From Tortispora ganteri (Eukaryota), in contig PPNB01000002.1 of the NCBI GenBank assembly GCA_003707115.1, positions 434,001-498,000 of the forward strand: DNA of 64,000 nucleotides. The letters are read 5' to 3'. The notes under the pieces are model-generated. The model saw only the letters and a list, made by a program, of their open reading frames with translations, ran no database searches and was not told where the DNA came from. Below, in pieces: positions 1 through 11,251 of this stretch; within the stretch, counting starts at the first letter, position 1, and each line of letters begins with the position of its first letter. The position numbers and the translations under genes were made by a program.

Positions 1-1
1 T

Positions 2-361
2 GGCTGCTCCACAACTCCTCCCATCAGCGTCGATCTACCTCCACACCCAAAAGGTAAGCAATGGGATTACGATGACTTCTACTACGATTCCGACCAATGT
101 GAGAAGTGTTTACAGTCTGGTAACAAAAGGCGGTGTCGTCATTCCATTCGTTTCGTTCCTCCGGCGTCACCTGAAGGCCTGTGGAGAACGGGGTTTGCAA
201 ACTCTCAAGAAAAGCGCCAAGATCGCGCCAATACTGAGCACACGAAACATTTAGAGCTAAGACGACGGTTTGAACAGGCAATAAAGCCTAATGGAGCTTA
301 TAGATTCAGCGATAAAGATGTTGAAGCAAAATTGACGAAAAAGAGTGTTACACAGGTATAA
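2..361 (+). CDS. SAE2: Sae2/Ctp1/CtIP family DNA end-resection factor, C-terminal part (5' truncated by window edge)
   Basis: Open frame 2..361, absent from the ORF track. It translates to ...DQCEKCLQSGNKRRCRHSIRFVPPASPEGLWRTGFANSQEKRQD...*, with CxxC, an RH motif, the (S/T)P-x-G-x-W motif and S/TQE typical of the CtIP/Sae2 C-terminal domain. Confidence 0.8.
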   Translation, partial: GCSTTPPISVDLPPHPKGKQWDYDDFYYDSDQCEKCLQSGNKRRCRHSIRFVPPASPEGLWRTGFANSQEKRQDRANTEHTKHLELRRRFEQAIKPNGAYRFSDKDVEAKLTKKSVTQV

Positions 362-432
362 TAGACAATAGTCATGAGATATAATTCCAGTTAATTTAGA
401 TAGTTGATTTAATTGGTGGGCTAGTCAACCGC

Positions 433-954
433 TTATTCGTCTTCCTCACCGGGCAAAGGTCCGCGAGAAGGAGACTGGATGGCATTAATGCCAGAAAATG
501 GCTCAGAGCGCTGTTGCTTGTAAATTTCATTGGTCTTCTCTTCCCATTCACGAGACATAGTAAAAGGCTTGTCAGCAATGAGGAAGTACCTGATGGTATA
601 GAATAAACTAATCGAAGCAACAAGACCAGTAATGATTCCTAAACCAATTTTAAGCCCATCACCCGGTTGATGAACGGGGCGACGAGGACCCCAGGGTCCA
701 TATGCAATATACCAGGCAGCGCGTTTCTCAGCAGTAGTCAACTCTGTCCATGGGAGCTTCATGCGCTCTTCCAATTGAGAGATAACGTCTTGCTGTTCAT
801 CGCGGCTCATTACTTCCCAGCGGGACTCTAAATCAACGAGCGTAGGAGCAGAAACAGGGTGTTGTGCTACAGCTGACGCTAGACCGCGTACGCTGTTCTG
901 GATGGTGCGGGCTCTTAATTGCTTTGAGGCACTCAAAAGAGAAGTTCTTAGCAT
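433..954 (-). CDS. COX5: Cytochrome c oxidase subunit V (COX4 family)
   Basis: Mitochondrial presequence, LESRWE..., PWTELTTAEKRAAWYIAYGPWGPR motif, single TM helix, TMSREWEE. Confidence 0.95.
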   Translation of the reverse strand: MLRTSLLSASKQLRARTIQNSVRGLASAVAQHPVSAPTLVDLESRWEVMSRDEQQDVISQLEERMKLPWTELTTAEKRAAWYIAYGPWGPRRPVHQPGDGLKIGLGIITGLVASISLFYTIRYFLIADKPFTMSREWEEKTNEIYKQQRSEPFSGINAIQSPSRGPLPGEEDE

Positions 955-1067
955 CTATTAAAAACTGTTAGTAACTGATTCAACTGGAAAAAAAAGGGGG
1001 GAATACAGGTTGTCTGTCGGTACATATTCCGTTCTATCGTAAGAATTGCTGTTGTAGAGAAACCTAG

Positions 1068-1074
1068 CCAATCA
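1068..1074. promoter_or_regulatory. CCAAT box (putative Hap2/3/5 site) upstream of COX5
   Basis: CCAATCA about 115 bp upstream of the COX5 ATG. HAP control of respiratory genes is established in yeasts. Confidence 0.45.
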
Positions 1075-1687
1075 TGAAGTACATAATTAGAGTTTCAGCA
1101 GCTTCCCGAATCGCCGTAAGTGAATGGGAACGCCGAACAGCGTCGTTCAAGCAGAAACGGACAAATTGCAATTAAAAGAAAGCCTTCCAGTTTATTAATC
1201 TCTGTTTAATGCGTTGAGATGCAGGACATCTCCGCCGAGTCCCAGTGAGTCCCAGCATGGGTGGCTAATTGCCCATGTTTGTGAGTCATTCATCGCACCA
1301 AATCAGGAAAAGAAGCTGGCCGGTGGAAGAAGGGGAGTCCATAAAGGTGCGCGAGAATTCCACAACAGCAGTCATAAAGAGATAATAAGTGGATAAATTA
1401 GTCTTTCTATGGTAATACCAACATGATATTGCAATAATTGCACGTTTTTAGCGCATAAAATACCCTCAATATACCCCCTAAAGCATCTACTCACCTTTTC
1501 TGTAGTATAGGCAAAAGTTTGGGTAGTGGAGAGGAATTCAATGTCGGCTGATTTGCGAAAAAAAAAAAGTTTCGTTGCTATGCCAACTGTTCACACAATT
1601 ACTACTACGAGAATGTAGGCATAATATAGAATGAGCGTTAAATAATGATTGTCATTGGTACATTAAATGATATCGTTAATCGGTAGG

Positions 1688-3157
<1,470 letters not shown>

Positions 3158-3208
3158 TCACACCTTGGCTTGGCTTTCGACCACGTCTACAATCGCTACA
3201 GCATTTAA

Positions 3209-3538
3209 ATGGATCAAACTGAAGCAGAAGTAAGTACAATTATCTTTGTGTGTTTTTATCTTTGGCTTAAACACTGTTATCATTTGTAAGATATAGTATT
3301 CTAACAACAGTCGCTCTGGTCGAGCTCTTCTAGTTCGCCATACCGTCCACTTGTTGCGGTCTCTGATCACCCTCGTCTAGCGCTATTGTTCATGGGCATC
3401 GGACTTATCTCTTTAGTATTATTTGCCTTAAATGACAGTAAATATTTTTCTAGAGCTGTCACTTATGCTTCTCTTTCGGCTGCGTCGTTTAGCGTGGGCC
3501 TTGTGTACCTTTTATGCGCCGCTAACGTTTATGTCTAA
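3209..3538 (+). CDS. OST5: Oligosaccharyltransferase subunit 5 (OST5/TMEM258 family), 82 aa, two exons: 3209-3229 and 3311-3538
   Basis: Intron 3230-3310 (GTAAGT...TCTAAC AACAG). Spliced protein MDQTEAESLWSSSSSSPYRPLVAVSDHPRLALLFMGIGLISLVLF...FSVGLVYLLCAANVYV has two TM helices and the family's C-terminal VYV. Not in the ORF track. Confidence 0.88.
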
Positions 3539-3728
3539 CGTGCCCTATATATAGAGCCAGTCAATATTCACGACCACACTATATATTCATTGTCTCTAGT
3601 ACCCCCACTCAATTTCTCATGTAAATTTGTAAATTCTTTTTTTTATATTACAATAGTTAATGCGCTCTTGGTGTCAGACTTTGTAATGTCGATGCCCCCC
3701 GTTACTATACTTGACTTTCGATCGATCT

Positions 3729-4718
3729 ATGATTCAGGCAACTTCTTCCAGAATCGGCTACATATATAAACTATTACACGCATTGGAATTAATATCTACT
3801 AATGCCACCGTCCAGACTTCTAACGAGGGTATTAGATTTTCCGTCGACAACTCAAAGGTCTGCCAGGCGCACGCATTTTTCACCCTTGACCTCTTCTCAT
3901 TCTATGAATGCTCAGACATCCACATATTCGGCTTCTCTCTCTCCTCTTTTCTCAAATCTCTCGCCTTTGTAGCAGATGGCTATAATCTCATGGCCCCACC
4001 TCAGGATAAAACTCCTACAAATACACCTGCAACAGTTAACCCACCTCCTGGCCTTTACGCTATTATAGTGCCCACCTGCGATATCTCGTATGAGGGCTAC
4101 GGCTCACAACTCATTCTCAATATTAAACATGTTCGCAGTCATATGACTACTAGCTGCAAGTTTTCCACTTTTGAACCTGAAGTTTTCGTACCGAGTCGTC
4201 TCTTTGTCGATCAGAATGACGGCGAAGTTTCTGAAAACGACCAAATAGACTCTGTCTCTACTGGCGAGATAGTACTTGATTCATCTCAAATATTACTTAA
4301 CTGTATAATGGATTCTGATCCAATCTTATCTGCACTAAAAACTTTGGAGATTGTCGCAGGCGATTTTATCACCTTCTCCGCGGTCGCAACTGCCTCCGAT
4401 CACTCACAGAGCGATCCTTACAGGACTGGCACTCTAAACCTATCTTCGTCAGGTGCATTAGGCTCCGCCACCGTTACTTTCGAATGTCCTCGTCTAGAAT
4501 CAATAGACAGCTTTACTTTACGCACTGAAAATGCATCCTTCCAATATAGTGCTGCCCTTTTAGGCAAATGTCAAGAAACGTTGAAACTTGCAGACAAGGC
4601 TTCAATACGTTTCGATGAAAACGGTACTCTTTCCATACAAGCTCGAATACCTGGATCTGATGAGAATTCTCCTAAGACATTCATAGATTTCAGACTCCTC
4701 GCACAACAAACCTTTTAA
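3729..4718 (+). CDS. RAD17: 9-1-1 checkpoint clamp subunit (Rad17/Rad1/Rec1 family)
   Basis: First in-frame ATG is at 3729 (the track starts at TTG 3711). Motifs EGIRFSVDNSKVCQAHAF..LF, YEGYGSQLIL, LSSSGALGSATVTF, ADKASIRFDENGTLSIQ and FIDFRL match the Rad1 family. Confidence 0.85.
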   Translation: MIQATSSRIGYIYKLLHALELISTNATVQTSNEGIRFSVDNSKVCQAHAFFTLDLFSFYECSDIHIFGFSLSSFLKSLAFVADGYNLMAPPQDKTPTNTPATVNPPPGLYAIIVPTCDISYEGYGSQLILNIKHVRSHMTTSCKFSTFEPEVFVPSRLFVDQNDGEVSENDQIDSVSTGEIVLDSSQILLNCIMDSDPILSALKTLEIVAGDFITFSAVATASDHSQSDPYRTGTLNLSSSGALGSATVTFECPRLESIDSFTLRTENASFQYSAALLGKCQETLKLADKASIRFDENGTLSIQARIPGSDENSPKTFIDFRLLAQQTF

Positions 4719-4769
4719 ACCTTCATAACATACCTATAATTGCTTCAAGGGTTTCTAGCAGAAACTCAT

Positions 4770-6408
4770 CTAATGTTCTCCCCGATCTTCTCCTTCGTAT
4801 TTCTCACTGCAAATTGGTGCAAACACGTCAGTATCAATGTTAGCAAGAAATCCGCTGGGTCCTGCCGACGCAAGTAATAAACTAGCAAGCTTGGCAATTT
4901 GAACCACAGTCTTCAGTGGCGACACTTTGCTTTTACCCAGTGACATCATTATAGATGAATTCAACTCTTCTGCGACCTCTGCTCGTCCAGCAGGGTCAAG
5001 CATAGGTGCCAGCACCGAATTTAAAGGATCTTGATATGCCATTATAGCAAAGGTTTGTTCTAAATGGCTTCGCGCTTGCGGATCTTGACCAAACTCTTCT
5101 TCTATCTCTCTGCCATATTCAATTGCATGCAGCAGAATTTCATCATTATCCATAGCAGATAGAGTCTTGAAAAGGTCTTCCTCCACGTCTTTCCCATTAC
5201 CGTTAACTCCATTACTTTGCCCATTAGCAGCAGCAGAGCAGTCATCGGCGGAACAAAGATCAGAGCTGCGCAATGCCAAAAATCGGATGATTTCTATAAA
5301 TCTGCGAAGTTCTAGCTGCAATTTTACAGCCGGATTTTGAGCTAGCAGATCAGGATAGAACAAGTTTGTGAGCGAAATCGCTCTGTCAATGTTGCCCGAC
5401 AAAACAGCAGCTCTGATCTTCTGACGATTGTGGTTGTGTGCGTTATCTGTCTCTTCTTCAGTGTGAGCGCCAATTACTTTTAGCTCTTTGGCAAACTCGT
5501 GGGCTGAATCACCATATCCCTCGTGCACAAGGTATGAATATACTAAAGACTCTACCATGGCATTAGAGAAAATTTCTGGAGTAATATCAGAAGATGGTGG
5601 TTTGATAGACTTTTCCAAGCTAGCCATCTGCTTATACAAAATTGTTTTGCAGTTTTGGACGTAAGCATTAATATCGTATAGGAAAGGCTTGCCAAACCCG
5701 AAGTTAGCGGCGATATGTTCGCCCGGCTTAAGGCCAACCGTAGGGTATAATTTGTCTTTGAGGTCTTTAAAAGCAGTAGAGAAAGCGAGACCGTTTTTTG
5801 TGTAGAATGCGGAGCGCGATTGTGTATTAACGCAAAGACCGATAGTATCACCAGTCTGAAAAGAAGGACCGTAGGCCTTGCCAGAGCCTTGACATACGTA
5901 TATGTGGCCATCGTCCCCATGGTATCCCCAGGAATCGGTATCGCAGCCGGCAAGACGAGACAACGGTGTCTTAGATCCAGATAAACCTAAAGAAACACAA
6001 CCATCTGGAGGTTTAGCAACTACTGTGATCTCGAAATAGAAGACGCCGCACTGCGGGGGGATCGGATCGGTAGTGCGAATTGCCGCTGGCTCTAGCTCGT
6101 TCTTTGAGTTAGGCGGAGGAATTCCAAGTTTTGCTTCTAGACCATCGGCAGATACAGAAACAAGAGTGGCTATATCATTTGTGGACCATCTGTGGGGCAA
6201 TATAGGGGCAGAAGGCATAGCAGAGAGCATTGCAAATGAAGTAGGCTTTAGGTAATCAGGTATAAGTCTAGTTGTTAGTGGTATGTTAAGTGACGAAACA
6301 ACAGTTATAAAAGAATATTACTTACTTATGTGTAGTTTTCACTATATCAGAGCTCTCAGAAGTATCTCCAGTAGCAGCAACAGCTGCATAGGAAGGTAGC
6401 TGGAACAT
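4770..6408 (-). CDS. VID30: RanBP9/10-like GID/CTLH complex scaffold (SPRY-LisH-CTLH-CRA), two exons: 6408-6326 and 6267-4770
   Basis: SPRY (YFEITV, SWGYHGDDG, YGPSF..GDTIG, LYPTVGL, ANFG), LisH (LVYSYLVHEGY) and CTLH/CRA segments. Intron 6325-6268 (GTAAGT...CACTAAC AACTAG) joins the ATG at 6408 in frame. Confidence 0.85.
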
Positions 6409-6724
6409 CTATTTGACAAGAGTGGGGGGGATTGTAGAGTGGTTCACTGATGATTTAAGTAGGTCCCAGCATGTGAGGAAAGGGGACGATCACTACAGCC
6501 ATAACTGCTATCACATCTCTAATTCTAAAGTATATTGTTGTTATTATGGTGTGTCGATCAATTATTTTATAATTATATGTGTATACTGTATATTATTTCA
6601 AATTTACGACAAGTATATTCGCAAAACAGCCAATTTTTATGACATTTTGTACTTTCATAATTTAATTAAAGTTTATTTAGTAATAGCTATATTATTACTT
6701 AGATACCAATGTATAGTAAGGTTT

Positions 6725-6815
6725 GGTCCCTTGGCCCAGTTGGTTAAGGCATCGTGCTAATAACAACTCCTTGTTTGTAACGCGAGGATCGGCGGTTCGA
6801 TCCCGCCAGGGACCA
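6725..6815 (+). tRNA. tRNA-Ile (anticodon AAT) with a 17-nt intron (6763-6779)
   Basis: Acceptor stem GGTCCCT/AGGGACC-A, A box TGGCCCAGTTGG, anticodon stem TCGTG/CGCGA, AAT at 6759-6761, T-loop GTTCGATCC, followed by T-runs (Pol III terminator). Confidence 0.93.
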
Positions 6816-6900
6816 TTTTCTTTTTCTTCTTTTTATTCTATTTTTAGTTTTACCTTATTATCACTTAATAAACTATTAGCTTTTTATAAAATCATTTATG

Positions 6901-9651
6901 TCATAATGATAATGTGATAGTTGCATCCGCTAAGCCCACTCCAAGAACTTTAGTACATTCAATCACTTGAGAAGGCTTGAGTTCAACATTACTCGTAGTC
7001 GAAATTATAGCTTCTAAACCATAATCAATTAGTACTCCGCGATTGATATCCACATCAGTCCCAAGTACAAAACATTTTAGCGAAAATGGCTTTTGCTGTA
7101 AAAATGACTCGAGGTAGTCCATAACAAACTTCTTCACTTTGTAGAACGAATCAACCTGCCGTTGCTTTTCAATTCCAATCGCTTCTTGTAAATTCAATTT
7201 CTCAATCTCTTCTTTCATCTCTGCTTCAGATAGTCCAGAAAACGCTTCAGACTTGGCTTCCTTTAGTAATTGAGCCTGAATCTGCCAGTGCACCAGCATA
7301 TCGCAGTATCGTCTAAGCGGAGAAGTCACTCGTGTGTATCCGTCCTCTATGCCCATAAGGAAATGCCTTTTCGGTACTAATCCATTTCTAGCCGGTCCTA
7401 TATTAGAAGTGATCTGTCTCAAAAGAAAATATCCCTCCGCACTATTGGTCGCCTTCTCTGTTGACAGTTTTTTGAATGTACTGATATCACTCATTAGTTT
7501 TTCCTTCTGCATTTCGTTCAATGTGTCATTGGACTCATAATCCTGGTATCTAAACGGCAAACTTATACCACGAGTTTGACCCCATTCTGCTGCAGCCCTG
7601 CCTGCCATGATCATGATCTCTTCAACTACCTGTCGACTTTCAGATTCACTCGTGTTTCTCGAAACAAGGACAGCTTTGGTATCTGTCTCTTTGAAAAGAG
7701 TTGGATGATCTGTCCATTCATTCGGATCAATTGAAACGGACTGTGCATCATCTCGTTGTAGAGCCACCTCGAAATTGGATATGAATGAAGATCCTTCAAT
7801 CATACCACTATCGCGCCTATTGCTGCGCAGCTTTTTTGTCACTTCACTAAGAACCTTTAAGTCCTTCCAAGTCTGCTCTAATCCATTGGCTAAGTCAGAT
7901 TTAATCAGGGCATCTGCCTTCATATATGTCAGCGTCTGTATGTTGTTAACTATTCCGCATCTAATCTTGCGGTCAATGACATTTCCTGTAGGCACATCTA
8001 ATAACACTGAAACTGTCAGGGTCTCCCTAGGTACGCCTGGAGACAAATTGCACCTTTCAACCAATGATTTAGGCAGCATTGGCCAGGTCTTATCAGGGAA
8101 ATAAAAAGTTGACGCTTGTTTAGCGGCTCTGCGAGAAATAGGATGCTCAAGGCCAATAAACGCAGTAGGGTTGGCGACATGAATATGTACCCAGACCTCA
8201 GAATCATTGTCGGTAGGTTCAACGGATATGCCGTCATCAATTTCATCGGGATTTTCATTATCTATACAGTATACAGGTATATCTCCAAAGTCATGGCGTA
8301 TACATGTCAATGAATCACTGTAATTTGCGGGATTTTGACTTATATCCTCAAAAGAATCGAGTCCGACAGCAGTTCTCCATCTTGCTTCTCTTGAAGGAAC
8401 ATTCTCCCAGGGTGTATATACGCCCATTTCAGTGAGAAATAAAATGAATGTGTTTCGAGCAAACATTTCTGCTTCAGGATATCGGTCTAGTTGCTTCAAT
8501 GCTGCAGGTAAAAGTGAATATAGTGGTGACGAACTCATCTGGGATGACAAAACATGGGTCTCGGTGTATTCTTTAACTGAATTAATTAGATCCACAGTAT
8601 TCTTGCTGAGAAGATGATCAATTTTTGTAAAGGCCTTATTATTTGCCTGAAATGACCTGTATGTATCAATTCTTGTCGATAGTTCATGAAAAATTGTTTT
8701 CAAGCCTTTACTTTTTGACCCTGCACGTATTACTTTTGTTGTATTCTCCGAAGCACATAAATGATCGTACGATCTGATTGCATAGAGCTGATAGTGATAA
8801 GAAGAAGGAAAGAATAAAGGTAAGTAAAGATCGCCAGATCTCTGCAAACGAGAATGAAGAGCATACAGATTATGAGCATTCGCCTGAAGTCCGTGTTCTG
8901 TGTTTAGCGCTGAAAATATTTCCGACAAAGACATTATTCTATCCTGATCCTTGCGAGCCAGAAATGCATGTAGAGTTGACATACGTGGAGCGATTTCTCT
9001 CAAAGAACTTGCGGAAAGACGGGAGAAGTGACGTAATTGTATGGATGCAGCCTGCATGATATCTGGAGAGAGAGAAACAATAGAATCAGAGCTGTCACCA
9101 TTCATTTCGATATGTGTTTTTATGAATTCTCTGTTCATAAAATTTGAACATGCGAAAGTGATACTTCTCAAAGATACTTTTAGTATTTCGCGTTGAATCG
9201 TGACGACATCAAATTGTGCTGAACCGCGGTTATTAGTGGCCACAATGACTCCAATAATGAAAGTAGATCCAGATAGGAACTCAACAAGGTCGCCTGGTCC
9301 TAAACAGCCGGGTTCAGGAGGTGAATAGAGGTAGTGTTGTAGATCATTCCAGTCAAATGGATTATCACCCTTAGGGCCCTTTGCCGCCTTCCACTTGTGA
9401 AATGAGCTCTTAAGCTGTCCAATATCTTTTTCTTGCTTATCTATACTTTGTCTAATGCGCAAGTAGAGTTGTTTGACGTCCCGATGTTCTATTTGCTTCA
9501 GTTCATTGACGCGATCTTTAGCCATAGATACCTGGGCGGCTTCCTCGGGAGACAAACGACTTGAACGTGACAAATCAATTTTGAATAGTGGATCATTCCA
9601 TTTAGTAGCTGTACTCCGCAGGGACTGCCAGTGAAGTTTCCGCGTGAGCAT
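6901..9651 (-). CDS. DSS1: Mitochondrial RNase II-family 3'-5' exoribonuclease (degradosome subunit)
   Basis: RNB catalytic motif IDNENPDEIDDGIS, HIHVANPT and YTRVTSPLRRYCDMLVHWQI; basic N-terminal presequence. Confidence 0.85.
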   Translation of the reverse strand: MLTRKLHWQSLRSTATKWNDPLFKIDLSRSSRLSPEEAAQVSMAKDRVNELKQIEHRDVKQLYLRIRQSIDKQEKDIGQLKSSFHKWKAAKGPKGDNPFDWNDLQHYLYSPPEPGCLGPGDLVEFLSGSTFIIGVIVATNNRGSAQFDVVTIQREILKVSLRSITFACSNFMNREFIKTHIEMNGDSSDSIVSLSPDIMQAASIQLRHFSRLSASSLREIAPRMSTLHAFLARKDQDRIMSLSEIFSALNTEHGLQANAHNLYALHSRLQRSGDLYLPLFFPSSYHYQLYAIRSYDHLCASENTTKVIRAGSKSKGLKTIFHELSTRIDTYRSFQANNKAFTKIDHLLSKNTVDLINSVKEYTETHVLSSQMSSSPLYSLLPAALKQLDRYPEAEMFARNTFILFLTEMGVYTPWENVPSREARWRTAVGLDSFEDISQNPANYSDSLTCIRHDFGDIPVYCIDNENPDEIDDGISVEPTDNDSEVWVHIHVANPTAFIGLEHPISRRAAKQASTFYFPDKTWPMLPKSLVERCNLSPGVPRETLTVSVLLDVPTGNVIDRKIRCGIVNNIQTLTYMKADALIKSDLANGLEQTWKDLKVLSEVTKKLRSNRRDSGMIEGSSFISNFEVALQRDDAQSVSIDPNEWTDHPTLFKETDTKAVLVSRNTSESESRQVVEEIMIMAGRAAAEWGQTRGISLPFRYQDYESNDTLNEMQKEKLMSDISTFKKLSTEKATNSAEGYFLLRQITSNIGPARNGLVPKRHFLMGIEDGYTRVTSPLRRYCDMLVHWQIQAQLLKEAKSEAFSGLSEAEMKEEIEKLNLQEAIGIEKQRQVDSFYKVKKFVMDYLESFLQQKPFSLKCFVLGTDVDINRGVLIDYGLEAIISTTSNVELKPSQVIECTKVLGVGLADATITLSL

Positions 9652-9807
9652 TTGCTTGTTAGAAAAAAGACAAGTTAGACTATGTGTTAGCAGTCAAGGT
9701 GGAAAAGTCGACTCGGGGGTTGATGTCCCAAATAGGAAAGTCATTGTGCTGTTTAGGCGAGACAGCAATCAATATTTGATCTGATAAAATTCCGGCAAAC
9801 ACTAGGT

Positions 9808-11031
9808 CTACGGCCTTGAAGTTAAAGAATTTTGACGCCAGCCTATCCATGAACCAATCCAGAGGCCTATACTGAGAACTGAAGATATAGAGGTGATGTA
9901 GAACATGAATGTGGTGGAAAGGGTTTCGGAGTCAAAGAGCCAGCCATAAAGAAGACTATAAATGACAGAAGCGATGGCTACCACGGATGCAAACATACCC
10001 CATACTGTGCCAAAAGACTCTACTCCCCATACTATAACGACAATTGCTGGACAGAGTGTGAATATTCCGCCGTAAGCTAACCCCATCATGGAAGCGATAA
10101 TAGCAGGGTACTCGGGACCTAAGTTTTCAGAAAGTAGCATATGGCCTGTGAGTGCGGTGAACGCAAATAATAAAACTAGCCACATCCTACTGATAGACCA
10201 GCTGAAAAGAATATCGGAAAAAAGACCGGTTATGAGACGCGTTATAGTGGAGACTGTCGCAAACATAGACACGGCTTCTGTTGGTGCGATAGAACCGCCT
10301 TCAAGAATTGCCGACATGTTGTTGAGGAACATTTCTAGCGGACCAAGAGTAAACAAAATAGCAAATCCAAATAGGTATGCTCTCCAGTCCATTCCTAATC
10401 GAATCAAAGGATGTCGCGCCATGTCTGTTTGTGTCAGTAGTCGATCTTCCTCCGGGAGCGCAGAAGGCTCAGGGATACGTAGCAATATACCGCCAAGCGA
10501 GCCTACAGCTAGTAGTAAAAACGAAAAAAAGAAGAATAGCTTGGAGAGATAAAGAAGCCCATCGTCGTTACGGAAATAGTGCAGTTCACTGATTCTGGAA
10601 AGTAGCACTGCTGACAGTCCAAAGCAGGCCGTTGGAATAGACAGCGCAAATCCACGGTACTTTGATCTATAGTGTGCGTACCTTCTTGCGAAAGTGATGA
10701 CGCCAGAAAGGTAGAGCGAAGTGGTAGCTGCGCCCACGCTGAAGAAGGCGAAGAGAAGTACGAGCTGATTATAGGGCCAGAGGGCTGCGAAAAGGTAGCC
10801 GACAAAGAAGAGCACGCCACCAAGCCAGGAGAGCATTGCGGGGCCAAAATGGTCACCAACAATACCGAAAGCAGGTACAGTGAAATACATTCCGAGCTCG
10901 CCAGCAGTTGAAATGCTATTGATCTGAAGACCTGTAAGTCCTTGGTGTCTGAATGCAGGAATATAAACAGAAAACAATAGAATTGAGCCTGCAAACAAAC
11001 AGTTCAGTACAGCACTAGTAGCTACTTGCAT
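9808..11031 (-). CDS. MFS transporter, MCH1/nodulin-like
   Basis: About 12 TM helices; AGSILLFSVY, GELGMY, GDHFGP, WGVESFGTVWG. Confidence 0.8.
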   Translation of the reverse strand: MQVATSAVLNCLFAGSILLFSVYIPAFRHQGLTGLQINSISTAGELGMYFTVPAFGIVGDHFGPAMLSWLGGVLFFVGYLFAALWPYNQLVLLFAFFSVGAATTSLYLSGVITFARRYAHYRSKYRGFALSIPTACFGLSAVLLSRISELHYFRNDDGLLYLSKLFFFFSFLLLAVGSLGGILLRIPEPSALPEEDRLLTQTDMARHPLIRLGMDWRAYLFGFAILFTLGPLEMFLNNMSAILEGGSIAPTEAVSMFATVSTITRLITGLFSDILFSWSISRMWLVLLFAFTALTGHMLLSENLGPEYPAIIASMMGLAYGGIFTLCPAIVVIVWGVESFGTVWGMFASVVAIASVIYSLLYGWLFDSETLSTTFMFYITSISSVLSIGLWIGSWIGWRQNSLTSRP

Positions 11032-11251
11032 ATCTATAATGAGTGAAGAAAAAATGGAGGCGTTTTTTAGTGATTCTCGGTATGGTCAAAGAGACTTGTC
11101 GGGCTCGGGCTGCCTAGGGCACTGAACGGATTGGAGCAAAGTATCACGTGACTAAATACGACCCGCTAAGGATAACGCGGTTGAGAGTGGTAAAATAAGA
11201 AATGGAATTATGGGAATGATATAGAAGAGAAAAAAAAATATGCAGATGGTA

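Noticed and set aside
24..281. Two short track ORFs (24..281 -, 72..254 +)
   Set aside because: They are shadow frames of the SAE2-like frame 2..361.
1214..1600. 60-aa ORF, a CATGGG/CCCATG hairpin, a TGAGTCA site and a minus-strand GTGAGT donor
   Set aside because: TTG start and no recognisable protein; no coherent intron or RNA family could be built.
6413..6917. ORFs 6413..6760 and 6723..6917
   Set aside because: TTG starts; they are AT-rich tRNA flank and the tRNA itself.
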